DNA of 64,000 nucleotides from Thermoproteota archaeon (GCA_027491915.1 JAOZGC010000002.1:623331-687330); one strand, 5' to 3'. Positions 35,484 through 44,300 are shown, counted from the stretch's first letter. A program made the numbers and translations. Notes: a model not told the origin generated them from the letters alone.

Positions 35484-36055
35484 TAGCCCTCGGGCACCCT
35501 GGGGATCAGGTCGGGGGTCAGGTGGTCCACCAGCACCCTTTCCCGGCTCAGCGGGGATTCCCCCAGGATCCTGAGCAGGACCCCAAGGACGGCCGCCTTC
35601 CTGACCCTCGGGGTGTGCAGCACCACGGGCCTGTCCATCCTGTCGGCCATCCTCAGCTGCCTCATCAGGACCTCTCTCTCCCTGTCCGACGACGTCTCCA
35701 GGCCGACCTCGCCCAGGAAGTCGGCCTCCGGCAGGAACTCCTCCACGGCCCCGAGGGCCTCCTCCAGCCCCCTCCTGGGCAGGTTCCTCGGGTGTATCCC
35801 GACGCCGACCAGGGGCCTCAGGCCGGCCTCTCGGAGCCTGGGGGCCTCCCCGTCCACGAGCCACCTGAACAGGTCCCTCAGGGTGCTCGGACCGGACGGC
35901 GTCACCGGGACGTAGCTGAGACAGGCCGCCGAGGAGTATCCGGCCTCCCTCAGGGCCTCGAGGGTGGAGAACCCGGTGAACTGGTGGTGGGAGTGGACGT
36001 CGACGAACCTGAAGGGCCTGATGGGGAGGGCCATGTTCCCGGACTCCCCCGCCAT
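35234..36055 (-). CDS. TatD family metal-dependent hydrolase
   Basis: DVHSH, VGIHPR, GEVGLE, LHTP, VDH, VDSD. Confidence 0.88.
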   Translation of the reverse strand: MAGESGNMALPIRPFRFVDVHSHHQFTGFSTLEALREAGYSSAACLSYVPVTPSGPSTLRDLFRWLVDGEAPRLREAGLRPLVGVGIHPRNLPRRGLEEALGAVEEFLPEADFLGEVGLETSSDREREVLMRQLRMADRMDRPVVLHTPRVRKAAVLGVLLRILGESPLSRERVLVDHLTPDLIPRVPEGYYVGLTVQPGKCDFADVERALSSSWADRGDRILVDSDSGRDRSDPLTLLRLAGHLLSRGYDPSEVRALVEVNPGRFVGPPRLA

Positions 36056-36145
36056 CGGGCGCCACCCCCCGGCGCGGATATAGATCTTTCCGGCCCCGGC
36101 CGGGGGCCCCTTTTATAACCCCGGCGGCCGGCCGCCCGACCCGAC

Positions 36146-36667
36146 ATGAGGACGAGGGACGTGGCAGCCTCCGGCGCGCTGGCCGCCCTCTACGCCGCCC
36201 TGGTGGTGGCTCTAGAGCCCATAAGCTTCCTGCAGGTCCAGGTCAGGGTGGCGGACGCTCTGACCGGGCTGGTCCCAGTGATGGGATGGCCCGCCATAGT
36301 CGGGCTGACCCTGGGGACGCTGATAGGGAACCTGGTCAGCCCGCTCGGACCCCTGGACCTCCTCTCGGCCGTCCCGGAGTTCTTCGGGCTCTACGCCGTC
36401 TGGATCCTGAGGAGGAGGTCAGTCCCCCTCGGCCTGTCGGTCTGCGCCGCGGCGGTCTCCGCCTGGGTGGCCCTGCTCCTGGAGGTGGTGCTGGGCCTGC
36501 CCTACCTGCCGTCCCTGGCGTACGTCCTGGCGGGGAGCCTGGTCTCCACGGTGGCCGGTGGGTATGCCGTGTACCTGTGGGCCTCCAGGGCGCTGGCCCC
36601 CCTCTGGGGCGGGGAGGGGGGAGAGGAAGGGGCGAGGGCCCCGGCCCCGGCCCCGACCCAGACCTGA
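36146..36667 (+). CDS. queT: QueT family (preQ0/preQ1) transporter
   Basis: AALYAAL...PISFLQVQVRVADAL, GLTLGTLIGNL, PLGPLD; TTTTATAA at 36111-36118. Confidence 0.82.
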   Translation: MRTRDVAASGALAALYAALVVALEPISFLQVQVRVADALTGLVPVMGWPAIVGLTLGTLIGNLVSPLGPLDLLSAVPEFFGLYAVWILRRRSVPLGLSVCAAAVSAWVALLLEVVLGLPYLPSLAYVLAGSLVSTVAGGYAVYLWASRALAPLWGGEGGEEGARAPAPAPTQT

Positions 36668-36684
36668 CCCCGGATCCGGGCCGG

Positions 36685-37167
36685 TCACCTCGGGGCCAGG
36701 GCCGACGCCGAGGCGGAGGACAACTCGACGCCGGCCTCGGCCAGGCCGCTCCCCCTGTAGAGTATCCCTATGGAGTACCCAGTCAGGATAAGGGCCACCC
36801 CGAGGGCCAGGGCGGCCGACAGGGCGTCCGCCGGGTCCCCGGTGGAGCGGGCCCTCTCGACCCAGGACAGGGCGTGCCCCGCCGCCTCCTCGGCCCCCCC
36901 CGGCGGCATGGCCGCCGCCTCCGGCCTCTCTCCCAGGACCCGCAGCAGGGCCTCCAGGTCCTCGGCGGCCCTGCCCACCCGGGAGATCACCCCCTCCACC
37001 ACCCCGGCCGGGGCCTCGCCCGACCTGAGCAGCCTGGAGTAGGCGGAGAGGGCGGAGGCGGCCAGGCCGGCCGACCTCTCGGCGGCCTCAAGGGCCTCCC
37101 CCATCCTCTCGTCCCAGGGCCTCCACCCCTCCGGCGGGAGCACGGCCCGGATCCACGTCGGACCCAT
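36685..37167 (-). CDS. Hypothetical helical protein
   Basis: Fills the gap between flanking genes with host-like codon usage; no motif recognised. Confidence 0.5.
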   Translation of the reverse strand: MGPTWIRAVLPPEGWRPWDERMGEALEAAERSAGLAASALSAYSRLLRSGEAPAGVVEGVISRVGRAAEDLEALLRVLGERPEAAAMPPGGAEEAAGHALSWVERARSTGDPADALSAALALGVALILTGYSIGILYRGSGLAEAGVELSSASASALAPR

Positions 37168-37278
37168 ATAACCGTTCTGACCCCGAGCGGCGCCCGGCCG
37201 GCAGGAGGCCTGCCCGGGGATGGACCGAATCGGGCGTCCGTCGGGGAGCTCGGGCCCGGGATTCCGCCCCGGCGGGCC

Positions 37279-37683
37279 TCACCCCGACCCGCCGGGCCCG
37301 GGGCCGCGCCCCCTCGCGAGCCTCTCCACGACCCCCTCCGCCACGTCGAGCAGGTTGGCCATCTCCCTGAGCTCCCCCTCGGTGATCCTGTAATACTCGT
37401 GGGCTATCAGGTTCCCCAGGAAGATCAGCCTCTTCAGGGCCGAGAGCTCCTCGCCGCCGATCACGCCCTCCTCGCGCATGATCTGGAATATGTCCGAGTA
37501 GGTGGCAGGATACCTGCCCAGGCCGACCACGTACCTCTCGCCGATCTCTATGAGGGAATTCGCCGCCTGGAAGCACTCCATGGCCAGGGCGGTGTAGACC
37601 AGGTAGTCGGAGAGATCCCTCTCCCTCAGCTCCCTGACCCTCCTGAGGTGGGAGACGAACCTCGCCAGCTCACTCGACCTCAA
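37279..37683 (-). CDS. HepT-like (DUF86) HEPN protein
   Basis: ALAMECFQAAN, YPATYSDIF, GNLIAHEY (expected catalytic Arg appears as Gly). Confidence 0.82.
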   Translation of the reverse strand: MRSSELARFVSHLRRVRELRERDLSDYLVYTALAMECFQAANSLIEIGERYVVGLGRYPATYSDIFQIMREEGVIGGEELSALKRLIFLGNLIAHEYYRITEGELREMANLLDVAEGVVERLARGRGPGPGGSG

Positions 37684-38035
37684 GAAGCGTCTCCTCCGCC
37701 CTCCTGTACATGCGCGAGTGCTCGAGGTACGTCCTTACGGTCCTGAACTTGACCTCTTCGAACTTCCCCTCGTCCCTCAGGTAGAGCACCCTCCCCTCCC
37801 TCAGGACCTCGAACTGAATGTAGGGGGGCAACCTGTGGAACAGGACCAGGTCCACCTCTCGAGAGTAGAGGCTCCCGAGCTCCGCCTCGTCCTCGGGGGT
37901 GGGGTCGTCCACCACGACCGCCAGGTCCACATCGGAGAGCGGCGTGACCTCTCCCCTGGCGGCGGAACCGAACAGCACCACGGCCAGCACCTTCTCGTGA
38001 GACCTCAGCCTCTCCAGCAGCCGCCCCAGGTCCAT
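37670..38035 (-). CDS. MNT nucleotidyltransferase antitoxin
   Basis: VLFGSAARGEVTPLSDVDLAV, VLREGRVLY. Confidence 0.9.
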   Translation of the reverse strand: MDLGRLLERLRSHEKVLAVVLFGSAARGEVTPLSDVDLAVVVDDPTPEDEAELGSLYSREVDLVLFHRLPPYIQFEVLREGRVLYLRDEGKFEEVKFRTVRTYLEHSRMYRRAEETLLEVE

Positions 38036-38057
38036 CGCCCCGCGCGCCGCCTCCAGG

Positions 38058-38118
38058 ACTTAAATCCCAGATAATAACTAAATACAAAGTTATATATAAT
38101 ATTCCAATTACATATTGG
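38058..38118. promoter_or_regulatory. AT-rich divergent promoter with short inverted repeats (TAACT...AGTTA; CCAAT-tacat-ATTGG), candidate ArsR operator
   Basis: ataataactaaatacaaagttatatataatattccaattacatattgg between the MNT and ArsR genes. Confidence 0.55.
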
Positions 38119-38450
38119 CGGTGTCCCGGGGAGAGGGGGAGGGCCGTGGCCCGGGGGTCGGTGACCTCCCGGAACTCCTGAAGGTGCTCTCGGCCCTGAA
38201 GAACGAGATCAGGCTCAGGGTGATAGCGATGCTATCCGAGAAACCGCTGCACGTCTACGAGATCGCCAAGAGGCTCGGGATATCCTACCCCCTGGCTCAC
38301 ATGCACGTCAGCGCCCTCAAGAGGGTCGGGCTGGTGGAGGAGGCCGGGGTCGTGGAGGTGGACGGAAGGAGGAGGGTCCTATACAGGGCGGCCCCCTTCA
38401 GGCTGGTCCTCTCCCCCCGGGAGATAAGGAGGATGGTCGGAGAGGAATAG
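38115..38450 (+). CDS. ArsR/SmtB family wHTH transcriptional regulator
   Basis: LSALKNEIRLRVIAML, VYEIAKRLGISYPLAHMHVSALKRVGLV. Confidence 0.88.
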   Translation: MAVSRGEGEGRGPGVGDLPELLKVLSALKNEIRLRVIAMLSEKPLHVYEIAKRLGISYPLAHMHVSALKRVGLVEEAGVVEVDGRRRVLYRAAPFRLVLSPREIRRMVGEE

Positions 38451-38464
38451 GGAGGCGACCGGAG

Positions 38465-38782
38465 TTGGGCGGCTGGCGCGCGCCCGGCCTGCTGGGGCTG
38501 GCGGCGGGGGCGCTCCTCGGGGTGGGGACGCCCGCCCTGGTTTACTCCCCCGGGGACCTGGCCTCGGCCGTCGTCTCGGCCCTGGCGGTGCTCGGCGGGG
38601 TGACCGTGGCCGTGGTGGGGATCGGGGAGATGGAGGCCCTCCCCGGCGAGGGGGGGGCCCAGGGAGAGATAGTCAGGGCGTACGTGGCCAGGCAGAAGGC
38701 GATGCTGGAGCAGCTGGACGAGACCCTGGAGCTCCTGAGGGAGATAAGGGACGCCCTGCGCGCGGGGGTGGGCGAGGGATGA
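38465..38782 (+). CDS. Small 2-TM membrane protein with C-terminal coiled coil
   Basis: Two hydrophobic segments followed by RQKAMLEQLDETLELLREIRDALR. Confidence 0.75.
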   Translation: MGGWRAPGLLGLAAGALLGVGTPALVYSPGDLASAVVSALAVLGGVTVAVVGIGEMEALPGEGGAQGEIVRAYVARQKAMLEQLDETLELLREIRDALRAGVGEG

Positions 38783-38916
38783 CGGGGGACCCGGAGCTCA
38801 AGTACGAGGACCTGACCTACGACGAGGTGGAGATCCTGATCTTCAAGAGGCTCAGGGAGGTGAACGAGACGCTCAGGGAGATAAGGGATCTCCTGAGGAG
38901 GCTGGGAGGTGGGTGA
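38779..38916 (+). CDS. 45-aa coiled-coil peptide (below the ORF-track cutoff)
   Basis: MTGDPELKYEDLTYDEVEILIFKRLREVNETLREIRDLLRRLGGG; ATGA and GTGATG overlaps with both neighbours. Confidence 0.75.
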   Translation: MTGDPELKYEDLTYDEVEILIFKRLREVNETLREIRDLLRRLGGG

Positions 38917-39704
38917 TGAGGGTTGACCGGAGGCGGAGGAGGTGGAGGGGGGAGAAGTTCGAGAGGTACCTCAACCCGGGGAGACCCGGAGGAGGGGTCT
39001 CGATCTCAGGGGCCGGCAGGTTCGTGGAGGGGCAGATCCTGACCGTCGGCGGCTCCGCCCGGATCTCCCGAGACCTGGAGGTGGAGCTCCTCACCGTCGG
39101 CGGCTCCCTGAGGGCCGACGGGAGGGTCAGGGCGGAGACGGCCAGGATAGGCGGCTCCGCCAGCTTCAGGTCGCTGGAGGCCAAGAGGCTCTCGGCCGGC
39201 GGATCCATCTCGATAGAGGAGACCCTGAAGGTGGACTCCGGCAGCCTTGGGGGGGCCGTGAGGGTCGGAGAGGTCCGCGCGGGGACCCTCTCCGTGGGAG
39301 GGTCCATCAGGGCCCGTAGGATAGAGGCGGAGGTTCTCAGGATAGATCTCGGCGGGGGGAGCGAGGTGGACGAGATAAAGGCCGGGATCCTGAGGGTCAG
39401 GAGGTCGAGGGGCGGCCTCCTCGGGTCGCTGCTGGGCCTCGGCGCGGGATCCCTCAGGGCCCGCAGGATAGAGGCCGACAGCGCCGACGTGGAGTGGGTG
39501 GAGTGCGACGAGATGGTGGTGGGCAACGCCAGGATCGGGAGGGGTTGCAGGATAGGCAGGCTCTCCTACTCAGGGGAGGTCAGGATCGAGAGGGGGGCCT
39601 CCGTCCGGGAGACAGAGAGGCGGCCGGCCGGGGAATGGGCTGAAGGGGAAGCGTCGAGTGCCGGGGAGGGGGAGGCAAGTGAGGGAGACGTCGGGGGAAG
39701 CTGA
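38913..39704 (+). CDS. Bactofilin-like (YhbE/YhbF-like) beta-solenoid protein
   Basis: About 17-aa repeats LTVGGSARI, LTVGGSLRA, ARIGGSASF, LSAGGSISI, LSVGGSIRA; LRARRIEAD...IGRGCRIGRLSY. Confidence 0.75.
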   Translation: MMRVDRRRRRWRGEKFERYLNPGRPGGGVSISGAGRFVEGQILTVGGSARISRDLEVELLTVGGSLRADGRVRAETARIGGSASFRSLEAKRLSAGGSISIEETLKVDSGSLGGAVRVGEVRAGTLSVGGSIRARRIEAEVLRIDLGGGSEVDEIKAGILRVRRSRGGLLGSLLGLGAGSLRARRIEADSADVEWVECDEMVVGNARIGRGCRIGRLSYSGEVRIERGASVRETERRPAGEWAEGEASSAGEGEASEGDVGGS

Positions 39705-39849
39705 GATCGGGCCCGGCCGGAGCTCGCGTCGGGGGTATCCCGGATCTCCGTGGAGATCAGGCTGCTGCCGCCCGCCATGTTGGTGGGGGGTCGGGCCCGT
39801 CGAGGTGACGCTCCGGGTCATCTGACCAGGCGCCCGGGCCCCCCTCCCA

Positions 39850-40995
39850 TCAGACCCCGATCTCGTAGAGGAAGTACGGCAGGTCCTCGCGGGAGAGGAC
39901 CGTCACGCCCCGCGGGTACCTCCTCCTGGCCCTACCGCACTTCACCTCCACCCTGAGGTCCCCGGCCACCGCGTCCACCTCGTACCCGTCCCTGTAGTAG
40001 TAGACCTCCCCGTACCTGCGGAGGAGGTGCTCCTGGACCACCCACTCGCACAGGGCGTCCTCGCCGACCTCCCCCCTAGGCCCCAGGAGGGCCGACGGGA
40101 TCATGGGATCCCTGAAGAAGACCTTCTTCTCCTTCCTGAAGGAGATCCTGCCGCCGGACCTCCAGTAGGCCACCCCCACGACGAACAGATCCTCCAAGAG
40201 CTCCAGGTACTCCCTGACGGTCACGTGGGACACCCCGATCTCCCTGGCTATTGAGTTGTAGCTCAGGGCGGAGGGGGCCTTCTCCACTACCTGGTAAATC
40301 ACCTGCCTGGCTATCCTGGCGCTCCTGCCGGCCCTGGCCACCTCCCTGTCGATCTGGTCGGGCACCTCCTCCTCGAAGGACGGATCCCCGTTCACCGACC
40401 TGGGGAACCCGCCGACGGACAGGTACTCCTCGAACGCGGCCTCCAGCCCGGAAGGACCGTAACCCCTCACGTCGGCGAACTCCCGGAAGCTAAGGGGGAG
40501 GACCTCGACGTCCCTGCCCATCCCTCTCCTCCCGACGAAGGACTCCGAGTACCTCCTGACCCTAACGGAGGAGGAGCCGCTCACCACGACCGCCCTGCGG
40601 GCCAGGAACCCGCCGTCTATCAGGCCCCTCACCACCCGCCACCAGTACTCCAGGCCCGTGACCTCGTCCAGGATCACCTTGTCGACCCTGGCGGGGAGCC
40701 TCGTCAGGGTGGACCTCAGCTCCCTTAGGTCGACGATCAGGTCGCAGTCCACGTACGCCACCGACCTGGGGTCCGCCCCTCCCTCCACCAGCTCCCTTAT
40801 CAGCATCTTGAGGCCCGTGGTCTTCCCGACCTGCCTCGGTCCCAGGACGAAGTTCAGCGATGGGGGGACCAGGGACAGCCGATCCAGCCACCCCGGCCTC
40901 CACCTGTACTCGGCGGCCTCCAGCCTGGAGAGGTGCGGGTCCCTCATGTGCCACCGGTCGTCGTGCCACCACGGGTTGAGCGGCTCCAGCCTCAT
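39850..40995 (-). CDS. AAA+ ATPase of the AAA_14/DUF4143 family
   Basis: LNPWW, GPRQVGKTT, ILDEVT, SGSSS, LPLSFREF, GGFP, wHTH, EVDAV...VEVK. Confidence 0.9.
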   Translation of the reverse strand: MRLEPLNPWWHDDRWHMRDPHLSRLEAAEYRWRPGWLDRLSLVPPSLNFVLGPRQVGKTTGLKMLIRELVEGGADPRSVAYVDCDLIVDLRELRSTLTRLPARVDKVILDEVTGLEYWWRVVRGLIDGGFLARRAVVVSGSSSVRVRRYSESFVGRRGMGRDVEVLPLSFREFADVRGYGPSGLEAAFEEYLSVGGFPRSVNGDPSFEEEVPDQIDREVARAGRSARIARQVIYQVVEKAPSALSYNSIAREIGVSHVTVREYLELLEDLFVVGVAYWRSGGRISFRKEKKVFFRDPMIPSALLGPRGEVGEDALCEWVVQEHLLRRYGEVYYYRDGYEVDAVAGDLRVEVKCGRARRRYPRGVTVLSREDLPYFLYEIGV

Positions 40996-41017
40996 CTTGA
41001 CACTTCACTTTCAACGA

Positions 41018-41049
41018 TTTATATATAAATTGACAGCGAACTGTCAATT
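41018..41049. promoter_or_regulatory. Palindromic TATA (TTTATATATAAA) next to a perfect 9-bp inverted repeat AATTGACAG-cgaa-CTGTCAATT
   Basis: Read directly at 41018-41029 and 41028-41049. Confidence 0.6.
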
Positions 41050-41105
41050 AGGAGGGGGAGAGAAACGATTGCATATTCCGGCCGTCCCGGCCCCCCGCGA
41101 CCGCC

Positions 41106-41470
41106 AAGATCAGGGGCCTGAGCTTCACCTATTTCGGGAGAGAAGGGCCGGTCCTGAGAGACGTGACCTTGAGATAGACGCGGGAGAGTCCGTCCTGCTC
41201 GTGGGGAGGAGCGGCAGCGGGAAGTCGACGGTCATCAAGTCGATCAACGGCCTCATACCAAACAGGTACAGGGGGAGGTACGAGGGAGAGGTCGGGGTCA
41301 TGGGGGGCTGGTGGAGGGGGGCCTGACGAGGATCTCCAGGCTGGTCGGCACGGTCATGCAGAGGTCGGCGAGCAGCTGGTGCTCCCCAACGTGGCGGACG
41401 ACGTTGCCTCCGGCCCCTCGAACCTCTGCCTCCCCAGGGGGGAGGTAGCCGAGAGGGTGGAGGGGCCCCG
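41106..41470 (+). pseudogene. 5' remnant of an ECF/CbiO-type ABC ATPase
   Basis: KIRGLSFTY...VLRDV, frameshift, LEIDAGESVLLVGRSGSGKSTVIKSINGLIP, stop, RLVGTVMQ, VADDVASGPSNL. Confidence 0.75.
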
Positions 41471-41551
41471 TCCCCGGTGGCCGCCGCCTACATGGCCGTC
41501 CTCGACTCGAGGCTGTCCGGGATCCCCCCCGGCGCCGTGACCGCACCCGCC

Positions 41552-41956
41552 TCAATCCGGGCTGGACCCCGGGATCCTGACGACCGCCCCCCTCCCGGCG
41601 ATCTCGCCGAACGCCTCCGCCGCGGCCCTGAGGCCCCTCACGAGGATCTCGTAGAGATCCCGCGCGGTCAGGCCCACGTTCCTGCCGGAGGACTCCAGGC
41701 CGTAGGGGTCCCTGATCCACACGCTCACCGTGCCGCCGAACCTGCCCAGCCTGATGTGGGTGTCCGGCCTGAGACCGGCCGGGAAGAAGGCCCACCCCTC
41801 GGCCCTCCTCTCGGCGGAGAAGCCGGCCTCCCCGAGCCTGGCCGTCACGGCCCTGACCAGCTCTTCCGCCTCCCCGGCGCCCAGGTCGGCCACCAGGGCG
41901 GCGGAGGCCAGCTCGTCGCAGAGCCTCCCCTCCTCCCCCTCTCCCTCCCGAACCAT
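41552..41956 (-). CDS. Hypothetical protein
   Basis: ATG about 25 nt downstream of TTTATA on the minus strand (about 41981-41986); host-like codons. Confidence 0.62.
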   Translation of the reverse strand: MVREGEGEEGRLCDELASAALVADLGAGEAEELVRAVTARLGEAGFSAERRAEGWAFFPAGLRPDTHIRLGRFGGTVSVWIRDPYGLESSGRNVGLTARDLYEILVRGLRAAAEAFGEIAGRGAVVRIPGSSPD

Positions 41957-42023
41957 CCCGGGACGTCCCCCCGGGGAGCGTATAAACCCGCCCGTCCCCC
42001 ATTTACTCCGGCCCGCTCCGCCC

Positions 42024-43142
42024 TCACCCCGCCCCCGGGCCCAGGGACTCCCTCATGTACTCCAGGAACTCCCCCTTGGAGGAGAACCTGGCGTCGGCGA
42101 AGTAGGTGTAGAAGGGGCTGGGCATCCCCCTGCCCCCCCATATCAGGTAGACCCTCTTCCCCAGGACCCTGTGGCCGTAGAGCATCTCGCACGCCACCCC
42201 CGGGGAGCCCACCCCCAGCGGGTTGTAGACCACCACCATGTCAGCCGACTCTATCATGTCGAAGTCCCTCTCCACTATCTGGCCCTCCACCAGGGGGGCG
42301 ACCGCCTCCAGCTCCGAGTAGGGGTACTCGAACCTCCTCACCTCCCCCCCGACCTCCACGGCCACCTCCACCGGCTCGGACGGGTCGGACACCCCCCTCA
42401 TCCTGGCGGCCTCCAGGGCCGACAGGATCGCCCCCTCGGTCATGGTCTTCGGGTCGAACACCACGACCCCCAGGGAGTCCAGCTCGTCCACGAACTCGGC
42501 CCTCTCCTCGTCGAACCTCCCCTCCTCCTCCGGAGGCACGTGGGTTATCGGGAAGCTCAGGTAGGCCTTCTTCCTCCAGGGCTCCAGGGCCAGGGCCCTG
42601 AGCACCCTGGGCGGGTGGTTCCTGGCCAGGACGTAGAACTCGGCCTTCAGCTGCCCCGCCAGCTGCTTCACCAGGGCCGTCTCCTGGGCCCTCCACATGG
42701 CCAGGTCCCTGAGGGTGAACCTCTCCCTGGACCACTCAGGGTCCGAGGCCAGCCTCTCCCTGACGGACATCACGTCGTCCACCACCACCACGAAGGCGTC
42801 GGGCCTGAGGGCCTCGGCCACCGAGTAGTCCAGCCCCGTGATCACGGTCCCCCCCCAGAAGAAGGTGGCGGGCGTCCTGATCAGGTACACCCCCGGGTCG
42901 GACTCGACCCTCTCGGCTATCCTCCTGAACGCCTCGGCCCTTATGCTCATCAGCCTTTCCCTCAGGAGGTTCAAGACGTTCTGCTCGCTTATCTCCAGGC
43001 CGTGCTCCTCCAGAGCCACCTCCCTCATCGTGTCGAAGGCCCTGAGGACCTTTATTCTCCCCCCAGACCCGGCGGCCGCCTCCGAGACCGCCTCGTAGGC
43101 ACCGGAACCTGCCGGCCCCGTGACCACGACCACCCTCCTCAT
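42024..43142 (-). CDS. Fusion of an archaeal adenylate kinase-like domain (degenerate P-loop) and a nucleoside 2'-deoxyribosyltransferase-like domain
   Basis: VVVVTGPAGSGAY...TPATF...GLDYSVAEALRPDAFVVV; then AYLSFPITH, VFDP, ERDFDMIESADMVVVY, SPGVACEM. Confidence 0.78.
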   Translation of the reverse strand: MRRVVVVTGPAGSGAYEAVSEAAAGSGGRIKVLRAFDTMREVALEEHGLEISEQNVLNLLRERLMSIRAEAFRRIAERVESDPGVYLIRTPATFFWGGTVITGLDYSVAEALRPDAFVVVVDDVMSVRERLASDPEWSRERFTLRDLAMWRAQETALVKQLAGQLKAEFYVLARNHPPRVLRALALEPWRKKAYLSFPITHVPPEEEGRFDEERAEFVDELDSLGVVVFDPKTMTEGAILSALEAARMRGVSDPSEPVEVAVEVGGEVRRFEYPYSELEAVAPLVEGQIVERDFDMIESADMVVVYNPLGVGSPGVACEMLYGHRVLGKRVYLIWGGRGMPSPFYTYFADARFSSKGEFLEYMRESLGPGAG

Positions 43143-43203
43143 CGGATCCCCGACCCCGGGGGCCGCCAGCTAATTAATGGGACCGACCGGCCCGGGCCGG
43201 GGG

Positions 43204-44244
43204 TCAGGGGGAGTGTATCCCGGCGACCTTCGGGCAGAACCTGGCCTCCCACACCCCCTCGAGGCCGCAGAGGAACCGCGTCAGCCTCTCCACCCCGATG
43301 CCGAACCCGGCGCTGGGCTCGATCCCCTCCCTGAGCATCTCCATGTACCAGCCGTACCTGGAGGGATCCTCCCCCGAGTCCCTCATCCTGGCCGCGACCC
43401 TCTCGTACTCGTACTCCCTCTCGGCGCCGCTGACGGCCTCCCCGAACCCCTCGGGGTAGAGGGCGTCGAAGTCCCGGAGGATCCCCGGCCTGTCCGGGTC
43501 CTCCCTGTCGTAGAACCCCCTGGACCCGGCCGGGTAGTCGTACACGAAGAAGGGGGTGTCGAACCTGGAGGAGAGGGCCACCTCCCCCTCCCAGGATATC
43601 TCGGACCCCCCGTCGGCCTCCAGCCCCATGGACCTGAGGATCCCCACGGCCTCCCGGTGGGGTATCCTCGGGAAGGGGGCGGCGCACTCGGGGAGCTCCC
43701 TCCCCAGCGCCTCCAGCTCCCGGGCCGACTCCTCCCGGACCGCCCGGATCACGTGCCTGATCAGGTCCTCGGCCAGGTCCATGGCCCCCAGGTAGTCCAT
43801 GCCGGCCGCCTCCACGTCCACCTGGACGAACTCCGTGAGGTGCCTCCCGGTGAGGGCCGTCTCCGGCGGCTCCAGCCTGACGTTCGGCGAGACGAAGTAT
43901 ATCCTGCCCAGGGCCGTCGCCGCGGCCTGCTTGTACAGGATGGCGCTGCTCATGACCCTGTACTCCCGCCCGTAGTAGTCGAAGGAGACCTGCCGGGCCC
44001 CCCTGATCCCCGGGTCCGTCACGGGACCTATTATCGGGGGGAGGAGCTCCAAGAAACCCCTGGAGTCCAGGAAATCCCTGATGGCCCTCAGGGCGACCGC
44101 CTGCACCCTGAGGACCGCCCTCGACCTCTCCCCCCTGGCCGAGGAGTAGGACCTGGAGAGCCTAGACTCCAGGCGCCCCAGGAAGGACTCGCCCTCCCGG
44201 GCCTCCTCGATCAGCCCGGCCACCGACGGGTGCATCCCTCCCAT
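43204..44244 (-). CDS. asnA: Archaeal asparagine synthetase (AspRS catalytic-domain-like)
   Basis: PIIGPVTDPGIRG, MSSAILYKQ, SPNVRLE, HLTEFVQVDVE, GFGEAVSGAEREY, SAGFGIGVERL; no anticodon-binding domain. Confidence 0.9.
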   Translation of the reverse strand: MGGMHPSVAGLIEEAREGESFLGRLESRLSRSYSSARGERSRAVLRVQAVALRAIRDFLDSRGFLELLPPIIGPVTDPGIRGARQVSFDYYGREYRVMSSAILYKQAAATALGRIYFVSPNVRLEPPETALTGRHLTEFVQVDVEAAGMDYLGAMDLAEDLIRHVIRAVREESARELEALGRELPECAAPFPRIPHREAVGILRSMGLEADGGSEISWEGEVALSSRFDTPFFVYDYPAGSRGFYDREDPDRPGILRDFDALYPEGFGEAVSGAEREYEYERVAARMRDSGEDPSRYGWYMEMLREGIEPSAGFGIGVERLTRFLCGLEGVWEARFCPKVAGIHSP

Positions 44245-44260
44245 CTCCCGCGCCCCCTCT

Positions 44261-44300
44261 TCGCCTCGCCTCGCCTCGCCTCGCCTCGCCTCGCCTCGAC
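44261..44300. repeat. Pentanucleotide microsatellite (TCGCC)7 plus TCGAC
   Basis: Read directly; lies between the TATA-like element (about 44340-44352) and the asnA start. Confidence 0.95.

Noticed and set aside
41320-41330. In-frame TGA in the ECF ATPase as possible selenocysteine or readthrough
   Set aside because: The gene also has several frameshifts and is truncated, so ordinary decay explains it
43204-44244. Aspartyl- or asparaginyl-tRNA synthetase
   Set aside because: It lacks the N-terminal anticodon-binding OB domain, and its motifs fit the archaeal asparagine synthetase paralogue
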